Source: Pirellulales bacterium (GTDB lineage: Bacteria > Planctomycetota > Planctomycetia > Pirellulales > UBA1268). Taken from it: 47,521 nucleotides of DNA. The position numbers and the translations under genes are program-made. How positions within the stretch are numbered: the stretch's first letter is position 1; each line of letters begins with the position of its first letter. Location: positions 1 to 47,521 of the forward strand of contig JBILVW010000001.1 of the NCBI GenBank assembly GCA_044370205.1, given 5' to 3'. Below the pieces are notes generated by a model that worked only from the letters and a program-made list of their open reading frames with translations, was not told the origin of the DNA and ran no database searches. Of this stretch, positions 9,534 to 19,486 are shown piece by piece.

Positions 9534-10277
9534 ATGGCCGCCGGCGAGCCCGAGACGATTCCAGGCGAGCCCGCCGCTCCGTCCGCCACCGTTCGCGAGG
9601 AACTGGCCCGGGCCAGCCGGGCCCTCGAGTCGGCCGAGCCGATCGAGATCGTCCGCTGGGCGGCTGAGCAGTACGGCGACCAGCTCACGATGGCCACGGC
9701 CTTCGGCCCCGAGGGCTGCCTCATCATCCACTGGCTCGCGGCCGTGGCACCGCGGACCTACGTCTTCAACCTCGACACGGGCTACCAGTTTCCCGAGACG
9801 CTCACCCTCCGCGAGCGGATCCTGAAGCGCTACGGCATCGACGTGGTGCTGGAGCAGCCGGAGACGACCGTGGCCGAGTACGAGCGGCTGCACGGCGGCC
9901 CGCTCTATCGCCTCGACCCCGACCGCTGCTGCGGCGACCGGAAACTGGCGGTGGTGAAGCGGGTGCTCACCCGCTTCAACGCCTGGATGAGCGGCATCCG
10001 CCGCGACCAGAGTCCCGACCGGGCCGCCGCTCCGATCGTGGGCTGGGATCACAAGTTCGGCGTCGTGAAGATCTCACCGTTGGCCAACTGGACGAAGGCC
10101 AAGGTGTGGGACACGATCCTGCGGGAAGACGTGCCCTACAACCCGTTGCACGACCAGGGCTACGTCAGCATCGGCTGCCAGCCCTGCACGCGGGCGATCG
10201 GCGCCGACGAAGATGAGCGGGCCGGCCGCTGGAGCGGCTCCGCGAAGACCGAGTGCGGCCTTCACTCCCGCGGGTAG
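9534..10277 (+). CDS. cysH: adenylyl-sulfate / phosphoadenylyl-sulfate reductase (thioredoxin-dependent), Fe-S type
   Basis: 247 aa from the ATG at 9534. PAPS_reduct fold. Cys-Cys pair (DRCCGDRK) plus CQPC, as in APS-type CysH. C-terminal ECGLH catalytic motif. Confidence 0.9.
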   Translation: MAAGEPETIPGEPAAPSATVREELARASRALESAEPIEIVRWAAEQYGDQLTMATAFGPEGCLIIHWLAAVAPRTYVFNLDTGYQFPETLTLRERILKRYGIDVVLEQPETTVAEYERLHGGPLYRLDPDRCCGDRKLAVVKRVLTRFNAWMSGIRRDQSPDRAAAPIVGWDHKFGVVKISPLANWTKAKVWDTILREDVPYNPLHDQGYVSIGCQPCTRAIGADEDERAGRWSGSAKTECGLHSRG

Positions 10278-10281
10278 GCCG

Positions 10282-10368
10282 CCAGCCGGGGAATCGCCTT
10301 CTCATACAAGCCCCCAGGCGCAAGCCGGGGGATGTCGGGCGCAAGCCTGACCGCAAGCCGGGGGATCG
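10282..10368. repeat. Family-1 hairpin cluster filling the cysH/argF convergent spacer
   Basis: Partial unit 10282-10307, full unit 10308-10333 and composite unit gtcgggcgcaagcctgaccgcaagccgggggatc at 10334-10368. The composite is the same unit, reverse-complemented, as the 33-nt repeats at 20128-20193. Confidence 0.85.
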
Positions 10369-10377
10369 TCCGCCGCT

Positions 10378-11292
10378 TCAACTCTGCCCGAGCAACCAGG
10401 CGAGCAGGCCCTTCTGCACGTGCATCCGGTTCGCGGCTTCTTCCACCACCACGCTCTGCGGCCCGTCGATCACTCCGTCGGTCACCTCCTCGCCGCGGCG
10501 GGCCGGCAGGCAGTGCATGAACAGCGCCGCGGGGCAGTGCTTCATCAAAGCCTCGTTCACCTGGTAGGCGGCGAGATCGGCGAGCCGCTTCGCTCGCTCC
10601 TGCTCCTGCCCCATGCTCGTCCAGACGTCGGTGTAGACCACGGCGGCATCCTTCACCGCCGCGACCGGATCGGTCGTCTCGACGATCTCCGCGTCAGGCA
10701 GGATCTTCGCCAGATGCACGCGGAACGCCTCGTCGAACTGGTAGGCAGGCGGAGCCGCGAGCACGAACCGCATGCCGAGCAGTCCGCAGATGACCGCCAA
10801 CGAGCGGGCCATGTTGTTGCCGTCGCCCACGAAGGCCAGCGTAAGGCCGGCCACGCGGCCCACCCGCTCGCGAAGCGTGTAGATGTCGGCCAGGGCCTGG
10901 CAGGGATGGCAGTAGTCGGAGAGACCGTTGATGACAGGCACGCTCGACACCTCCGCCAGCTGCACGATCGTGTCGTGGGCCTTCGAGCGGCAGACGATCA
11001 CGTCGACGTATTCGCTGAGCACACGGCCGAAGTCCGCGATGCTCTCCCGCGACGAGGCGAAGCCCGTGTCGGCCCCGAGGAACAGGCTCGACCCGCCGAG
11101 GTGGGCCATCGCCGCCTCGAAACTCACGCGGGTTCGCAGGCTCTGCTTCTCGAAGATCAGGCCGAGCACGCGGCCGGGGAGGAGCGCGTCTCGCCGGCCG
11201 GCGGCGAACTTCTCCTCCAGGTCGCGGGAGATGGCGAACACCGCCTCGATCTCCGCCGCCGACAGATCCTCGGGAACGATGACGTGCCGCAT
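10378..11292 (-). CDS. argF: ornithine carbamoyltransferase
   Basis: 304 aa. Motifs SLRTR, HPCQALAD and HCLPA. Confidence 0.93.
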   Translation of the reverse strand: MRHVIVPEDLSAAEIEAVFAISRDLEEKFAAGRRDALLPGRVLGLIFEKQSLRTRVSFEAAMAHLGGSSLFLGADTGFASSRESIADFGRVLSEYVDVIVCRSKAHDTIVQLAEVSSVPVINGLSDYCHPCQALADIYTLRERVGRVAGLTLAFVGDGNNMARSLAVICGLLGMRFVLAAPPAYQFDEAFRVHLAKILPDAEIVETTDPVAAVKDAAVVYTDVWTSMGQEQERAKRLADLAAYQVNEALMKHCPAALFMHCLPARRGEEVTDGVIDGPQSVVVEEAANRMHVQKGLLAWLLGQS

Positions 11293-11295
11293 GGG

Positions 11296-12525
11296 TCAGC
11301 CCTCGGACCTTTCGGCCACCTCGACGATGGCCTCGGCCAGTCGGTCGCAGCCCTCGTGGACCTCGGCCTCGGTGAGCGTCATCGCCGGCAGGAGCCGGAT
11401 CACGCGGCCCTGCGTGCTGTTGACGAGCAGGTTCTTGTCGAGACAGGCCTGCACCACCGGGGCGCCGTCGATCGACAACTCGATGCCGATCATCATGCCC
11501 ATCACCCGCACGTCGCGCACGGCGTCGCACCGTGATTTCAGCTCCAGCATCCGCTCGCGGAAGATCGCGGCTGTGTGCTCCACATGATCGAGCAGCTTCT
11601 CCCGCTCGATCATCTCGATGGCCGCGATGCCCGCCGCCGCCGCGATCGGATTGCCGCCGAACGTGGCCGCATGCATGCCGGGCCGCAGGTGCTTCGCCAG
11701 CTCGACGGTGGTGAGCATCGCACCGCCGGCGATCCCGGCACACAGGCTCTTGGCGAGCGTGATCACATCGGGCGTGACCCCGAAATGCTGGTAGCCGAAC
11801 CACTTGCCGGTGCGGCCGCAGCCGCACTGCACCTCGTCGAACACGAGCAGCAGATCGCGCTCGTCGCAGATGCGTCGCAGCCCCTGCAGGAAGCCCTCCG
11901 GCGCGGGCACCACGCCGCCTTCGCCGAGGATCGGCTCCACGAGGATGCCGCCGGTCTGGTCGTCGATCAGCCGCTCGACCGCGTCGAGATCGCCATGCGG
12001 GGCGTACTGAAAGCCCGCGAGCATCGGTCCAAGGCCTTCGTGATACTTCGGCTGGGCCGTCGCCGTCACGCTACCCATCGTGCGGCCGTGGAAGCCGCCT
12101 TTGAACGTCACGATCTTGTACTTGCGGCCGTCGGTCCTGAGCCGCACGAGCTTGATCGCCGCCTCGTTGGCCTCGGTGCCGGAGTTGCAGAAGAACGCCT
12201 GGCCGCCAAACGACCGCTCCGAGAGCAGCCGCGCCCATTCGCCCTGGGGCTCGGTGTACCAGGTGTTGGGCACGTGGATCAGCTTCGCCACCTGCTCCTG
12301 CACCGCCCGCACGACCGGCTCGGGGCAGTGACCAAGCAGGTTGCAGCCCCAGCCCGGAAAGAGGTCGAGGTATTCCGTGCCCTCGGCGTCCCACACCTTC
12401 GAGCCCTCGCCGCGGACGAGGCAGACGGGGAACCGCCTGTAGTTCGGCACGACGTAGCGTTCGAAGACGTCGATCACCGACTGCGTCTTGGCACCGATGT
12501 CAGGCGTCGAATCGATCGTGGCCAT
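11296..12525 (-). CDS. argD: acetylornithine aminotransferase (class III PLP aminotransferase)
   Basis: 409 aa. GGFHGRT, FDEVQCGCGRTG and TLAKSL (PLP lysine) motifs. Stop lies 3 nt before the argF start. Confidence 0.92.
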   Translation of the reverse strand: MATIDSTPDIGAKTQSVIDVFERYVVPNYRRFPVCLVRGEGSKVWDAEGTEYLDLFPGWGCNLLGHCPEPVVRAVQEQVAKLIHVPNTWYTEPQGEWARLLSERSFGGQAFFCNSGTEANEAAIKLVRLRTDGRKYKIVTFKGGFHGRTMGSVTATAQPKYHEGLGPMLAGFQYAPHGDLDAVERLIDDQTGGILVEPILGEGGVVPAPEGFLQGLRRICDERDLLLVFDEVQCGCGRTGKWFGYQHFGVTPDVITLAKSLCAGIAGGAMLTTVELAKHLRPGMHAATFGGNPIAAAAGIAAIEMIEREKLLDHVEHTAAIFRERMLELKSRCDAVRDVRVMGMMIGIELSIDGAPVVQACLDKNLLVNSTQGRVIRLLPAMTLTEAEVHEGCDRLAEAIVEVAERSEG

Positions 12526-12566
12526 GGGGTCCTCCTGGACGGACGAGACAGACTGAACGGATGGGA

Positions 12567-13523
12567 TCAGCGGGCCGTCGCCGCCGCCGCCTGCAGCGCC
12601 GCCGAGGCCTGGGCCGTATCGCGGGTGACTTCGGTGCCGACGCCGCTGGTCGTGTAGATCTCGAGCAGCAGCGAATGCCGCAGCCGCCCGTCGATGATGT
12701 GGATCTTCTTCACGCCCCGGTCGAGCGTCTCCAGGCAGCCCTCGATCTTCGGGATCATGCCCGAGGCGATCGTGCCGTCGGCGATCAAGCGCCGCGCCTC
12801 GGATGCCGTGAGCGAGTGGATCAGGCTCTCGGGGTCGTTCACGTCGCGAAGCACACCCGGGATGTCACTGAGCACGACGAGCTTCTCGGCGCCGATTGCG
12901 GCGGCCACGGCGGTGGCGGCCGTGTCGGCGTTGACGTTGAGCTTCCGGCCGTCTTCCGTCATCGCCATCGACGGGATCACCGGCACCTGCCCGGCATAGG
13001 CCAGGTTGTCGATCGTGAGCCGATCGACCCGCGTCACCTCGCCCACGTGGCCGAGATCGAGCGGCTCGCCGTTCGGTCCGTCGAGCGTGAGCCGCTCGCC
13101 GAACAGCACGTTGGTCGAAAGGAAGTTGAGCGACATCGCCCGGCCGCCGAACTCTTCGAGCTTGGCCACGAGATCATGGTTGAGCTCCGTCGCCACCACC
13201 CGCTCCACGATTGCGAGCGTGGCATCGTCGGTGTACCGCCGCCCCTGCACCCAGCGGGGCTCGAGGCCCGCCTCGTCCATCGCCCGACTGATCGCCTTGC
13301 CGCCGCCGTGCACGACCACGATCCGCATGCCCAGCGTGGACATGAACACGATGTCGAGCAGCAGATGCCGGAGTGAGTCGGGATGCTCGACGACGCTGCC
13401 GCCGAGCTTGATGACGGTGGTCGTGTCGCGGAACTTGCGAATCCAGCCGAGGGCCTCGATGAGCGTGTCGGCCTTCTGGATCGCCTTCTGCTGGGCCTTG
13501 GTGATGGAGGGCGTGGCGGGCAC
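12567..13523 (-). CDS. argB: acetylglutamate kinase
   Basis: 318 aa from the GTG at 13523. [10 protein letters not shown]...[14 protein letters not shown] and NVNADTAA motifs. No in-frame ATG is available without reading through the family-2 repeat, so the start is uncertain. Confidence 0.85.
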   Translation of the reverse strand: MPATPSITKAQQKAIQKADTLIEALGWIRKFRDTTTVIKLGGSVVEHPDSLRHLLLDIVFMSTLGMRIVVVHGGGKAISRAMDEAGLEPRWVQGRRYTDDATLAIVERVVATELNHDLVAKLEEFGGRAMSLNFLSTNVLFGERLTLDGPNGEPLDLGHVGEVTRVDRLTIDNLAYAGQVPVIPSMAMTEDGRKLNVNADTAATAVAAAIGAEKLVVLSDIPGVLRDVNDPESLIHSLTASEARRLIADGTIASGMIPKIEGCLETLDRGVKKIHIIDGRLRHSLLLEIYTTSGVGTEVTRDTAQASAALQAAAATAR

Positions 13524-13635
13524 GGTCGCGAGCGGTCCTGGCGGGGGTGGGACGAAACCACGTATTTTAGCAAGGGGCGGCGAAATGGATATCAGCCGGA
13601 AAAAGGGGCTTTCAGGGCGGGCGTTCGCGTGGGTC

Positions 13636-13767
13636 GGGGCGGCCCGTGCGGTATCGCCGGACGTTCGCTTCGGGCATCCATGCCCTCCGCTCACTCGATG
13701 CTGGCTGCGCTCTCGCCATCCTGGCTTCGCTCGCCAGCAACGCCGTCGATACCGCACGGGCAGCCCC
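13636..13767 (+). repeat. Family-2 element, copy C
   Basis: Termini GGGGCGGCCCGTGCGGTATCG...CGATACCGCACGGGCAGCCCC. Interior (cgccggacgttcgct...catcc...ctcactcgatg...) aligns with copies A, B and D. Lies between the uvrC stop and the argB start. Confidence 0.85.
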
Positions 13768-13804
13768 TCCGAAGTTCGACCCATACTCCCCAAGAAGCCC
13801 TACG

Positions 13805-15181
13805 TCACTCCTCGAATGCCCGCTTGCCGCGGAGGAGGTGGTGGTAGTGCTGGGCGAAGCGGTGGGCTTCGTCGCGGACGTATTCGAGGAGGCGGAGCGA
13901 GTAGGAGTCGCGGGAGAGGCGGAGGGGTTCGCTGCGGCCCGGGAGGAAGACCTCTTCCTCCCGCTTGGCCAGCGAGATCACGCACGGCGGTTCGATGCCG
14001 AGGGCGTCGAGCGCGTCGAGGGCGGCGGAGAGCTGCCCCTTGCCGCCGTCCACGAGCAAGACGTCGGGGAACGAGGCTCCTTCCCGGGCCAGACGCGCGA
14101 ACCTTCGCGACACCACTTCGTGGATGCTCTTGAAGTCGTCGATGCCGTCCACCGTCTTGATGCGATACCGCTTGTAGCCCGGCTTGAACGGCAGGCCGTC
14201 GATAAACTGAACGAGGCTGGCCACCGTCTCGTTGCCCGCGAGATGAGCGATGTCGACTCCCTCGATCACCCGCGGCGGACCCTTCAGGCCGAGCACCTTC
14301 TCCAGGCCGGCGAGGCCCTTCTTGGGATCGACGAGAAACACCTCGGGCTGCACGTTCTCCTCGAGGTCGCCCCGCTGGTCGAGCGTTTCCAGGAGCCGGA
14401 TCTCGTCGCGGAGCCGGGCCGCCCGCTCGAACTCGAGCTTCGCCGACGCCTCGAGCATGTCCTTGTGCATCTCGGCGAGCAGCCGCTTCTTGCCGCCGTC
14501 GAGGAACGTCTTGAGCCGCTCGATGTCGCGGCGGTAGTCCTCCTTGGAGATCCGCAGGTTGCAGGGGGCCGTGCACTGGTCGATCGAGGCCAGCAGACAG
14601 GGGCGGAACCACCGCCATTGCTCGTCGTCGGCATCGATGTCGAGCGTGCAGGTGCGGAACTTGAAAATCCGCTGGAGCACCACGATCGCGCCGCGAAGGC
14701 TTCCCGCGCTCGTGAACGGCCCGTAGAGCTTCACCCCCTTCCGCTTCGGCGTTCGGGTGAACTCCACCCGGGGGTAGTCCTCGTGGGTCGTGATCTGCAG
14801 ATAGGGAAACGTCTTGTCGTCCTTGAGGTCGCTGTTGAACCGCGGCTGAACGTCCTTCACGAGCCGGCTCTCGAGCAGCAGGGCATCGACCTCGCTCTCC
14901 GCCTCCAGGTAGTCGATGTCGCGAATCTCGCGGACGAGGTCGGCCGTGCGGCGATCTTCGGCGGCCGCCTTGAGGAAGTAGCTCCCCGCCCGGGCCCGGA
15001 GGTTCTTCGCCTTGCCGACGTAGATCACGCGGCCGGCGGCGTCCTTCATCAGATAGACGCCCGGCGTCTGCGGGAACGACCGCACCTTCTCCGCCGCGAG
15101 CGACCGGTCGCGGGCCGCCGCAGCGGCATCCGTGTCGGCCGGCGTGGTCTCGGCGAGGGCGTCGCGTTCCGTGTCGCTCAT
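13805..15181 (-). CDS. uvrC: excinuclease ABC subunit C (short form without C-terminal HhH domain)
   Basis: 458 aa from the ATG at 15181 (alternative 15232). GIY-YIG (GVYLMKDAAGRVIYVGKAKNLRAR), UVR motif (LEFERAARLRDEI) and endonuclease domain (LVDGGKGQL, RDEAHRFA). The ORF stops directly after the endonuclease domain. Confidence 0.85.
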   Translation of the reverse strand: MSDTERDALAETTPADTDAAAAARDRSLAAEKVRSFPQTPGVYLMKDAAGRVIYVGKAKNLRARAGSYFLKAAAEDRRTADLVREIRDIDYLEAESEVDALLLESRLVKDVQPRFNSDLKDDKTFPYLQITTHEDYPRVEFTRTPKRKGVKLYGPFTSAGSLRGAIVVLQRIFKFRTCTLDIDADDEQWRWFRPCLLASIDQCTAPCNLRISKEDYRRDIERLKTFLDGGKKRLLAEMHKDMLEASAKLEFERAARLRDEIRLLETLDQRGDLEENVQPEVFLVDPKKGLAGLEKVLGLKGPPRVIEGVDIAHLAGNETVASLVQFIDGLPFKPGYKRYRIKTVDGIDDFKSIHEVVSRRFARLAREGASFPDVLLVDGGKGQLSAALDALDALGIEPPCVISLAKREEEVFLPGRSEPLRLSRDSYSLRLLEYVRDEAHRFAQHYHHLLRGKRAFEE

Positions 15182-15197
15182 CCCCTGATTGTAGCGC

Positions 15198-17063
15198 TCA
15201 GCCGCCGACGACGGCCCGCAGGTCGCGTTCAAGGGCGTCGAGCCGCGTCTGAAGCAATTGCTTCACGGCCGGCAGCTCGGCGGCGGAGCAGGGGGCCGCG
15301 GCGGCGAAGAGATAGAACTTGATCTTGGGCTCGGTGCCCGAGGGGCGGGCCGCGACGGCGTTGGCAAGCGCGGGGAAGCGGCCGTCGGGCAAGAGGCTAC
15401 CGGCTCCAGGCAGCCCGGCGAGATCGAAGATCACGAGGTCGCTCTTCACGCCCTCGTAGGCGACCGGCTTCGAGCCCGGCGTCCAGGTCGTGAGGCTCGC
15501 CTGGTCGCGGGTGCGGACGACGTCGAGCCCGCCGATCGCCGCCGGCGGCTTCGCCCGCAGTGTGGCCATGATCTCTTTCATCCGATCCATGCCCGTCGCG
15601 CCCGGCAGCATGATGCTGATCTGCCGTTCCTGATGGCAGCCGTGCAGGGCGTAGAGCTCGTCGAGCCTCTCATGGGGCGTGCGATCCTCAGCCTTGAGCC
15701 CGGCCGTGAGCTCGCTCATGAGCAGCGCCGCGACGCTCGCGTCCTTGTCGCGCACGTGCGTGCCGGCGAGGTAGCCGTGCGACTCCTCGCAGCCGAACAC
15801 GAACCGCTCGGGGCCGAGCCGATCGACCGCCGAGCAGATCCACTTGAAGCCCACGAGCTCGGTGTCGTCCACGGCGAGCCCCTGCGACTCCGCGATTCGC
15901 CGCACGAGGCCGCTCGTCACGAGCGTGGTCACCAGGTAGTCGCCGGGCCGGGAGGCACCGCGGGCCCGTCGGCCGGCGATCGCCTGATCGCAAAGCAGGG
16001 CACAGAGCTGGTTGCCCGTGAAGGTTTGCCATGCGCTGCCCGTTGCCCGCGTGAGCGGCGCGGCGGCGCCGAGCCGGTCGCAGTCGGGATCACTCGCCAG
16101 CACGAGGTCGTCGCCGCGGGCCTTCGCCTCGTCGATCGGGCCGGTGAGCACGGCTGGATTCTCGGGATTGGCCACGTGTCCCGGCACGTTGGGAAAATCC
16201 CCGTCGGGCCGCTCGTGCGGGGCGTAGAGCCGCACGGATGCAAACCCCGCGGCCGCGAGCACCGGCACCACCGCCGATGCGCCGACGCCATGGAGCGGCG
16301 AGTAGAGGATCGAGACGTCCCGGGGGCCGGGCGCCGCCTGCTCGAGCACCGCCGCCACGAAGGCCGGATCGATTTCCTGCTCCACGAACTGCACGCGGCC
16401 GCTCGCCACGCCGGCCTCGAACGACTCGCGGCGGACCATATCCACCCGCATCACGCAGTCGATGATCCCCTTGTCGTGAGGCGGCAGCACCTGCACGCCC
16501 CCGGCCCAGTAGACCTTCACCGCGTTGTCGCTCGGCGGATTGTGGCTGGCCGTGACCATGATCCCGCAGGTGCTGTGCGTATGCCGCACGGCGAATGAGA
16601 GCTCGGGCGTGCTGCGGAAGCCGCGGAGGAAGAACACGCGGAAGCCCGCGGCGAGCAGCACCTCCGTGCAGAGCTTGGCGAAGTGCTCGGAGCGGTGCCG
16701 GGTGTCGTAGGCGATCGCACAGGTGGGCGTCTCGCCGGGGGGCAGCACACTCCGCACGTAGTCGGCCAAGCCCTGGGCGCTCTCGCCGATCGTGCGGTCG
16801 TTGATCGCGTTGGAGCCGACCGGATACATCGTGCCCCGCCGGCCGCCGGTGCCGAACGGGATCACCGTCCAGTAGGCGTCGTCGAGCTCCTTCCAGAGGC
16901 CGCGGTCGATTCGGTCGCCCAGCTCGGCGGCGAACTCCGCATACCGCGGCTCGGTGAGCCAGGCCTGCATGGTGGCCGCGGAATGATCGGTGATCCTGCC
17001 CGCGGCGCGGGCGGCCGCGAGGGCCTCGAGACGGCGTGACTGGTCGGCGGCGGACGTGCTCAT
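15198..17063 (-). CDS. phosphoglucomutase-type alpha-D-phosphohexomutase (long form)
   Basis: 621 aa. Active-site loop TASHNPPSDNAVKVY, metal loop SDPDCDR and sugar loop CEESHG. Confidence 0.85.
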   Translation of the reverse strand: MSTSAADQSRRLEALAAARAAGRITDHSAATMQAWLTEPRYAEFAAELGDRIDRGLWKELDDAYWTVIPFGTGGRRGTMYPVGSNAINDRTIGESAQGLADYVRSVLPPGETPTCAIAYDTRHRSEHFAKLCTEVLLAAGFRVFFLRGFRSTPELSFAVRHTHSTCGIMVTASHNPPSDNAVKVYWAGGVQVLPPHDKGIIDCVMRVDMVRRESFEAGVASGRVQFVEQEIDPAFVAAVLEQAAPGPRDVSILYSPLHGVGASAVVPVLAAAGFASVRLYAPHERPDGDFPNVPGHVANPENPAVLTGPIDEAKARGDDLVLASDPDCDRLGAAAPLTRATGSAWQTFTGNQLCALLCDQAIAGRRARGASRPGDYLVTTLVTSGLVRRIAESQGLAVDDTELVGFKWICSAVDRLGPERFVFGCEESHGYLAGTHVRDKDASVAALLMSELTAGLKAEDRTPHERLDELYALHGCHQERQISIMLPGATGMDRMKEIMATLRAKPPAAIGGLDVVRTRDQASLTTWTPGSKPVAYEGVKSDLVIFDLAGLPGAGSLLPDGRFPALANAVAARPSGTEPKIKFYLFAAAAPCSAAELPAVKQLLQTRLDALERDLRAVVGG

Positions 17064-17133
17064 GGCGTGGCCCTTGCTGAAGCGTGAGAAAACATGAAAA
17101 AAGCTGGGGCAGCAGGATTGGAAGTCAGCGTTT

Positions 17134-17139
17134 TATACT
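17134..17139 (+). promoter_or_regulatory. -10-like hexamer TATACT, 8 nt upstream of the ATG at 17148
   Basis: ttttTATACTccgaggtcATG. Supports 17148 rather than 17094 as the start. Confidence 0.25.
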
Positions 17140-17147
17140 CCGAGGTC

Positions 17148-18539
17148 ATGTCCGTCACCGCCGCCGAGCCGCCGCCTGAAGAACCGCTGATCGTGAGCGT
17201 GTCGGGGCTCCGCGGCATCGTGGGCACAACGCTCACCCCCGACGTGGCGATCCGGTATGCCCGGGCGTTCGCCGCCACGCTGCCTCCGGGCCCGGTCGCG
17301 ATCGGCCGCGACGGCCGGGCGAGCGGGCCGGTCTTCGCGCAGGCGATCGCCGAGGCGCTCGCGGCGCTCGGCCGTGACGTCTTCGACCTCGGGCCCGCGG
17401 CCACGCCCAGCGTGGGCGTCGCCGTGCGGGAGCTGGCCGCGGCCGGCGGCATTCAGATTTCGGCGAGCCACAATCCCGCGGCCTACAACGGCCTCAAGCT
17501 CTTCTCCCGCGAGGGCCGCGTGATCCCCGCGGCGGCGGGCCGCGACGTGCTGGCCCGTTTCGAACGGGCGACCGACCTCGGGCCTGCGGCTGGCACCGGT
17601 CGTGGCACCGTCACGTCGTTCGATGCGGCTCCGGCCCACGTGAAGCTCATCGCAGGCATCGTCGATGTCGCCGCGATCCGTCGGCAGCGGCCGAAGGTCT
17701 GGCTCGACAGCGGCCACGGCGCCGGCAGCTGCGTGGCCCGGCCGCTCTTCGACCACCTCGGCTGCGACCTCGTGATCGAGGGAGGCGAGCCCGACGGGCA
17801 GTTCGAGCACGAGCCGGAGCCGACGGCCGAAAACCTCGCCGGGATGCTGCCCCGCATCAGGCAACAGCACGCCGATATCGGATTCTTTCAGGATCCCGAC
17901 GCCGACCGGCTCGCGATCGCGACGGCGGACGGCCGCTACATCGGCGAGGAGGCGACCCTCGCGCTCTGCGTGGATCACGTGCTCGCGAAGACGCCGGGCA
18001 CGGTCGTCGTGAACTGCTCGACGAGCGGCATGACCGCTGCACTCGCCGCGCGGCGGGGCCTGCCGTGCGTCGTATCGGCCGTGGGCGAGGCGAACGTCGT
18101 CGATCGGATGCTGGAAGTCGCCGCCGTGATCGGTGGCGAGGGCAACGGCGGCGTGATCGATCCGCGGGTGGTGCTCGTGCGGGACAGCTTCGTGGCGATG
18201 GCCCTGGTGCTCGACCGGATGTGTGCCGGCGAGCGGCTCACGACCCTCGAGAGCCTCGCGGCTGCATTGCCCCGGCTCGTGATGAAGAAGACGAAGCTGG
18301 CCGTGTCGCCGGGGCTGCGCGGTCCGGCCTTGGCCGCGGCGTTCGATCGCGTGGCCAAGGCGTTTCCCGAGGCCACGCCCGATCGGCTCGACGGGCTCCG
18401 CGTCTCGTGGCCGGGCGGCTGGCTGCTCGTGCGGGCGAGCAACACCGAGCCGATCGTGCGGCTCGTCGCCGAGGCTGCCGACGAGACGTCCGTGGATGCG
18501 GCCATCGCCCGGGCCGGCGCCGCGCTGGCGGAGGCATGA
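17148..18539 (+). CDS. phosphoglucosamine mutase / phosphomannomutase family protein
   Basis: 463 aa from the ATG at 17148. SGLRGIVG, active-site SASHNPAAYNGLKLF, metal loop QDPDADR and GGEGNGG sugar loop. Divergent from the paralog at 15198-17063. Confidence 0.8.
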   Translation: MSVTAAEPPPEEPLIVSVSGLRGIVGTTLTPDVAIRYARAFAATLPPGPVAIGRDGRASGPVFAQAIAEALAALGRDVFDLGPAATPSVGVAVRELAAAGGIQISASHNPAAYNGLKLFSREGRVIPAAAGRDVLARFERATDLGPAAGTGRGTVTSFDAAPAHVKLIAGIVDVAAIRRQRPKVWLDSGHGAGSCVARPLFDHLGCDLVIEGGEPDGQFEHEPEPTAENLAGMLPRIRQQHADIGFFQDPDADRLAIATADGRYIGEEATLALCVDHVLAKTPGTVVVNCSTSGMTAALAARRGLPCVVSAVGEANVVDRMLEVAAVIGGEGNGGVIDPRVVLVRDSFVAMALVLDRMCAGERLTTLESLAAALPRLVMKKTKLAVSPGLRGPALAAAFDRVAKAFPEATPDRLDGLRVSWPGGWLLVRASNTEPIVRLVAEAADETSVDAAIARAGAALAEA

Positions 18540-18546
18540 AGGACCG

Positions 18547-19356
18547 GTGAACACCCCACCGCCAACGGAAGTGCGTCACGCGACGACTGCTCGGGCGTCA
18601 CGGTCTTTGCAGTTCGTCGTCTGCGAACGACACCGACTCGTCTACCGTCCGCTCGCGAAGTGCGCCTCGACCACCGTCATCGATTTTCTCGGCGACCTCG
18701 GCGGCCACGGGCAAAAACGCGACCGCCGCAGCTTCCTGCCGCTCAGGTCCGGTGATGTCGTCCCGGGCAGTGGCGACACCTACGAGATTCGGTGTCCGGC
18801 CGACATGCTTGCCGGCCTGGTCGAACGGTATGCCGGCTATGTCTGGTTCTCGGTCGTTCGCGAGCCCTACGGTCGCGTGACGTCGAACTACTTCAACAAG
18901 CTCAACCGCTATGCCAAGCAGTTCGAGCCGAGGGTGTATTTCGCCACCTATGTGCGGCAGCTGCTGGCGGGGCGAGCCGTCTGGCGGCAGGGACACGAAG
19001 AAGATCGAGCCGCTCGGTTGCAGACTCGCATTTCCTTTCCCCGATTCGTCACCGGGCTGCAGGAGCACGGGATCGACTGGGACATCCACTTCGCCCTGCA
19101 GACCGACCTCCTCCGTGGAGACCTCGTGCCGTATCGCCGAGTCATCCGCATGGAGAACCTTGCCGCCGGCCTGCGCGAGGTCGTCGCCGAGGCTGGTGCG
19201 ACGGCGGCTGCGACGGCTGCTCTCGAGGGACTCAAGCGGCTCAATCAGTCGTCGGCCAACGGCGGCCGCAACGCCAGTCTGTGGACGCCGGAGTGCCGCC
19301 GGATCGTGGCCGACCTCTACCGCCTTGATTTCGACGAACTGGGCTACGACGCCTGA
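18547..19356 (+). CDS. sulfotransferase family 2 protein
   Basis: 269 aa from the GTG at 18547. 5'-PSB-like loop PLAKCASTTVIDFL and 3'-PB-like VREPYGRVTSNYFNK. Family assignment is from motif recall only. Confidence 0.65.
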   Translation: MNTPPPTEVRHATTARASRSLQFVVCERHRLVYRPLAKCASTTVIDFLGDLGGHGQKRDRRSFLPLRSGDVVPGSGDTYEIRCPADMLAGLVERYAGYVWFSVVREPYGRVTSNYFNKLNRYAKQFEPRVYFATYVRQLLAGRAVWRQGHEEDRAARLQTRISFPRFVTGLQEHGIDWDIHFALQTDLLRGDLVPYRRVIRMENLAAGLREVVAEAGATAAATAALEGLKRLNQSSANGGRNASLWTPECRRIVADLYRLDFDELGYDA

Positions 19357-19486
19357 AGCAATGTGAGGCTCGGCATCCTCACGCCGACCTGCTCGCCTCC
19401 CGTCTCCGGGTTCTCACACCGTCGCTTTCCGCGGTGGTCATTCGCGGGCCCAGCGTGCGATACTCCCGGCCGCCGCACGGAGGCGA

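Noticed and set aside
9035-9727. Repeat-encoded peptide ORFs with 11-13 residue periodicity (for example EAIPRLAPGGFYE repeats; also 20064-20573, 40996-42462, 46984-47424). Tandem periods of 39, 39, 36 and 33 nt are all multiples of 3.
   Set aside because: These ORFs run antisense into, or overlap, well-supported neighbouring genes and have no plausible starts or ribosome-binding sites. The repeats appear in both orientations and in different frames at different loci, and one tandem period is 29 nt. I treat the multiple-of-3 periods as a curiosity, not evidence of coding.
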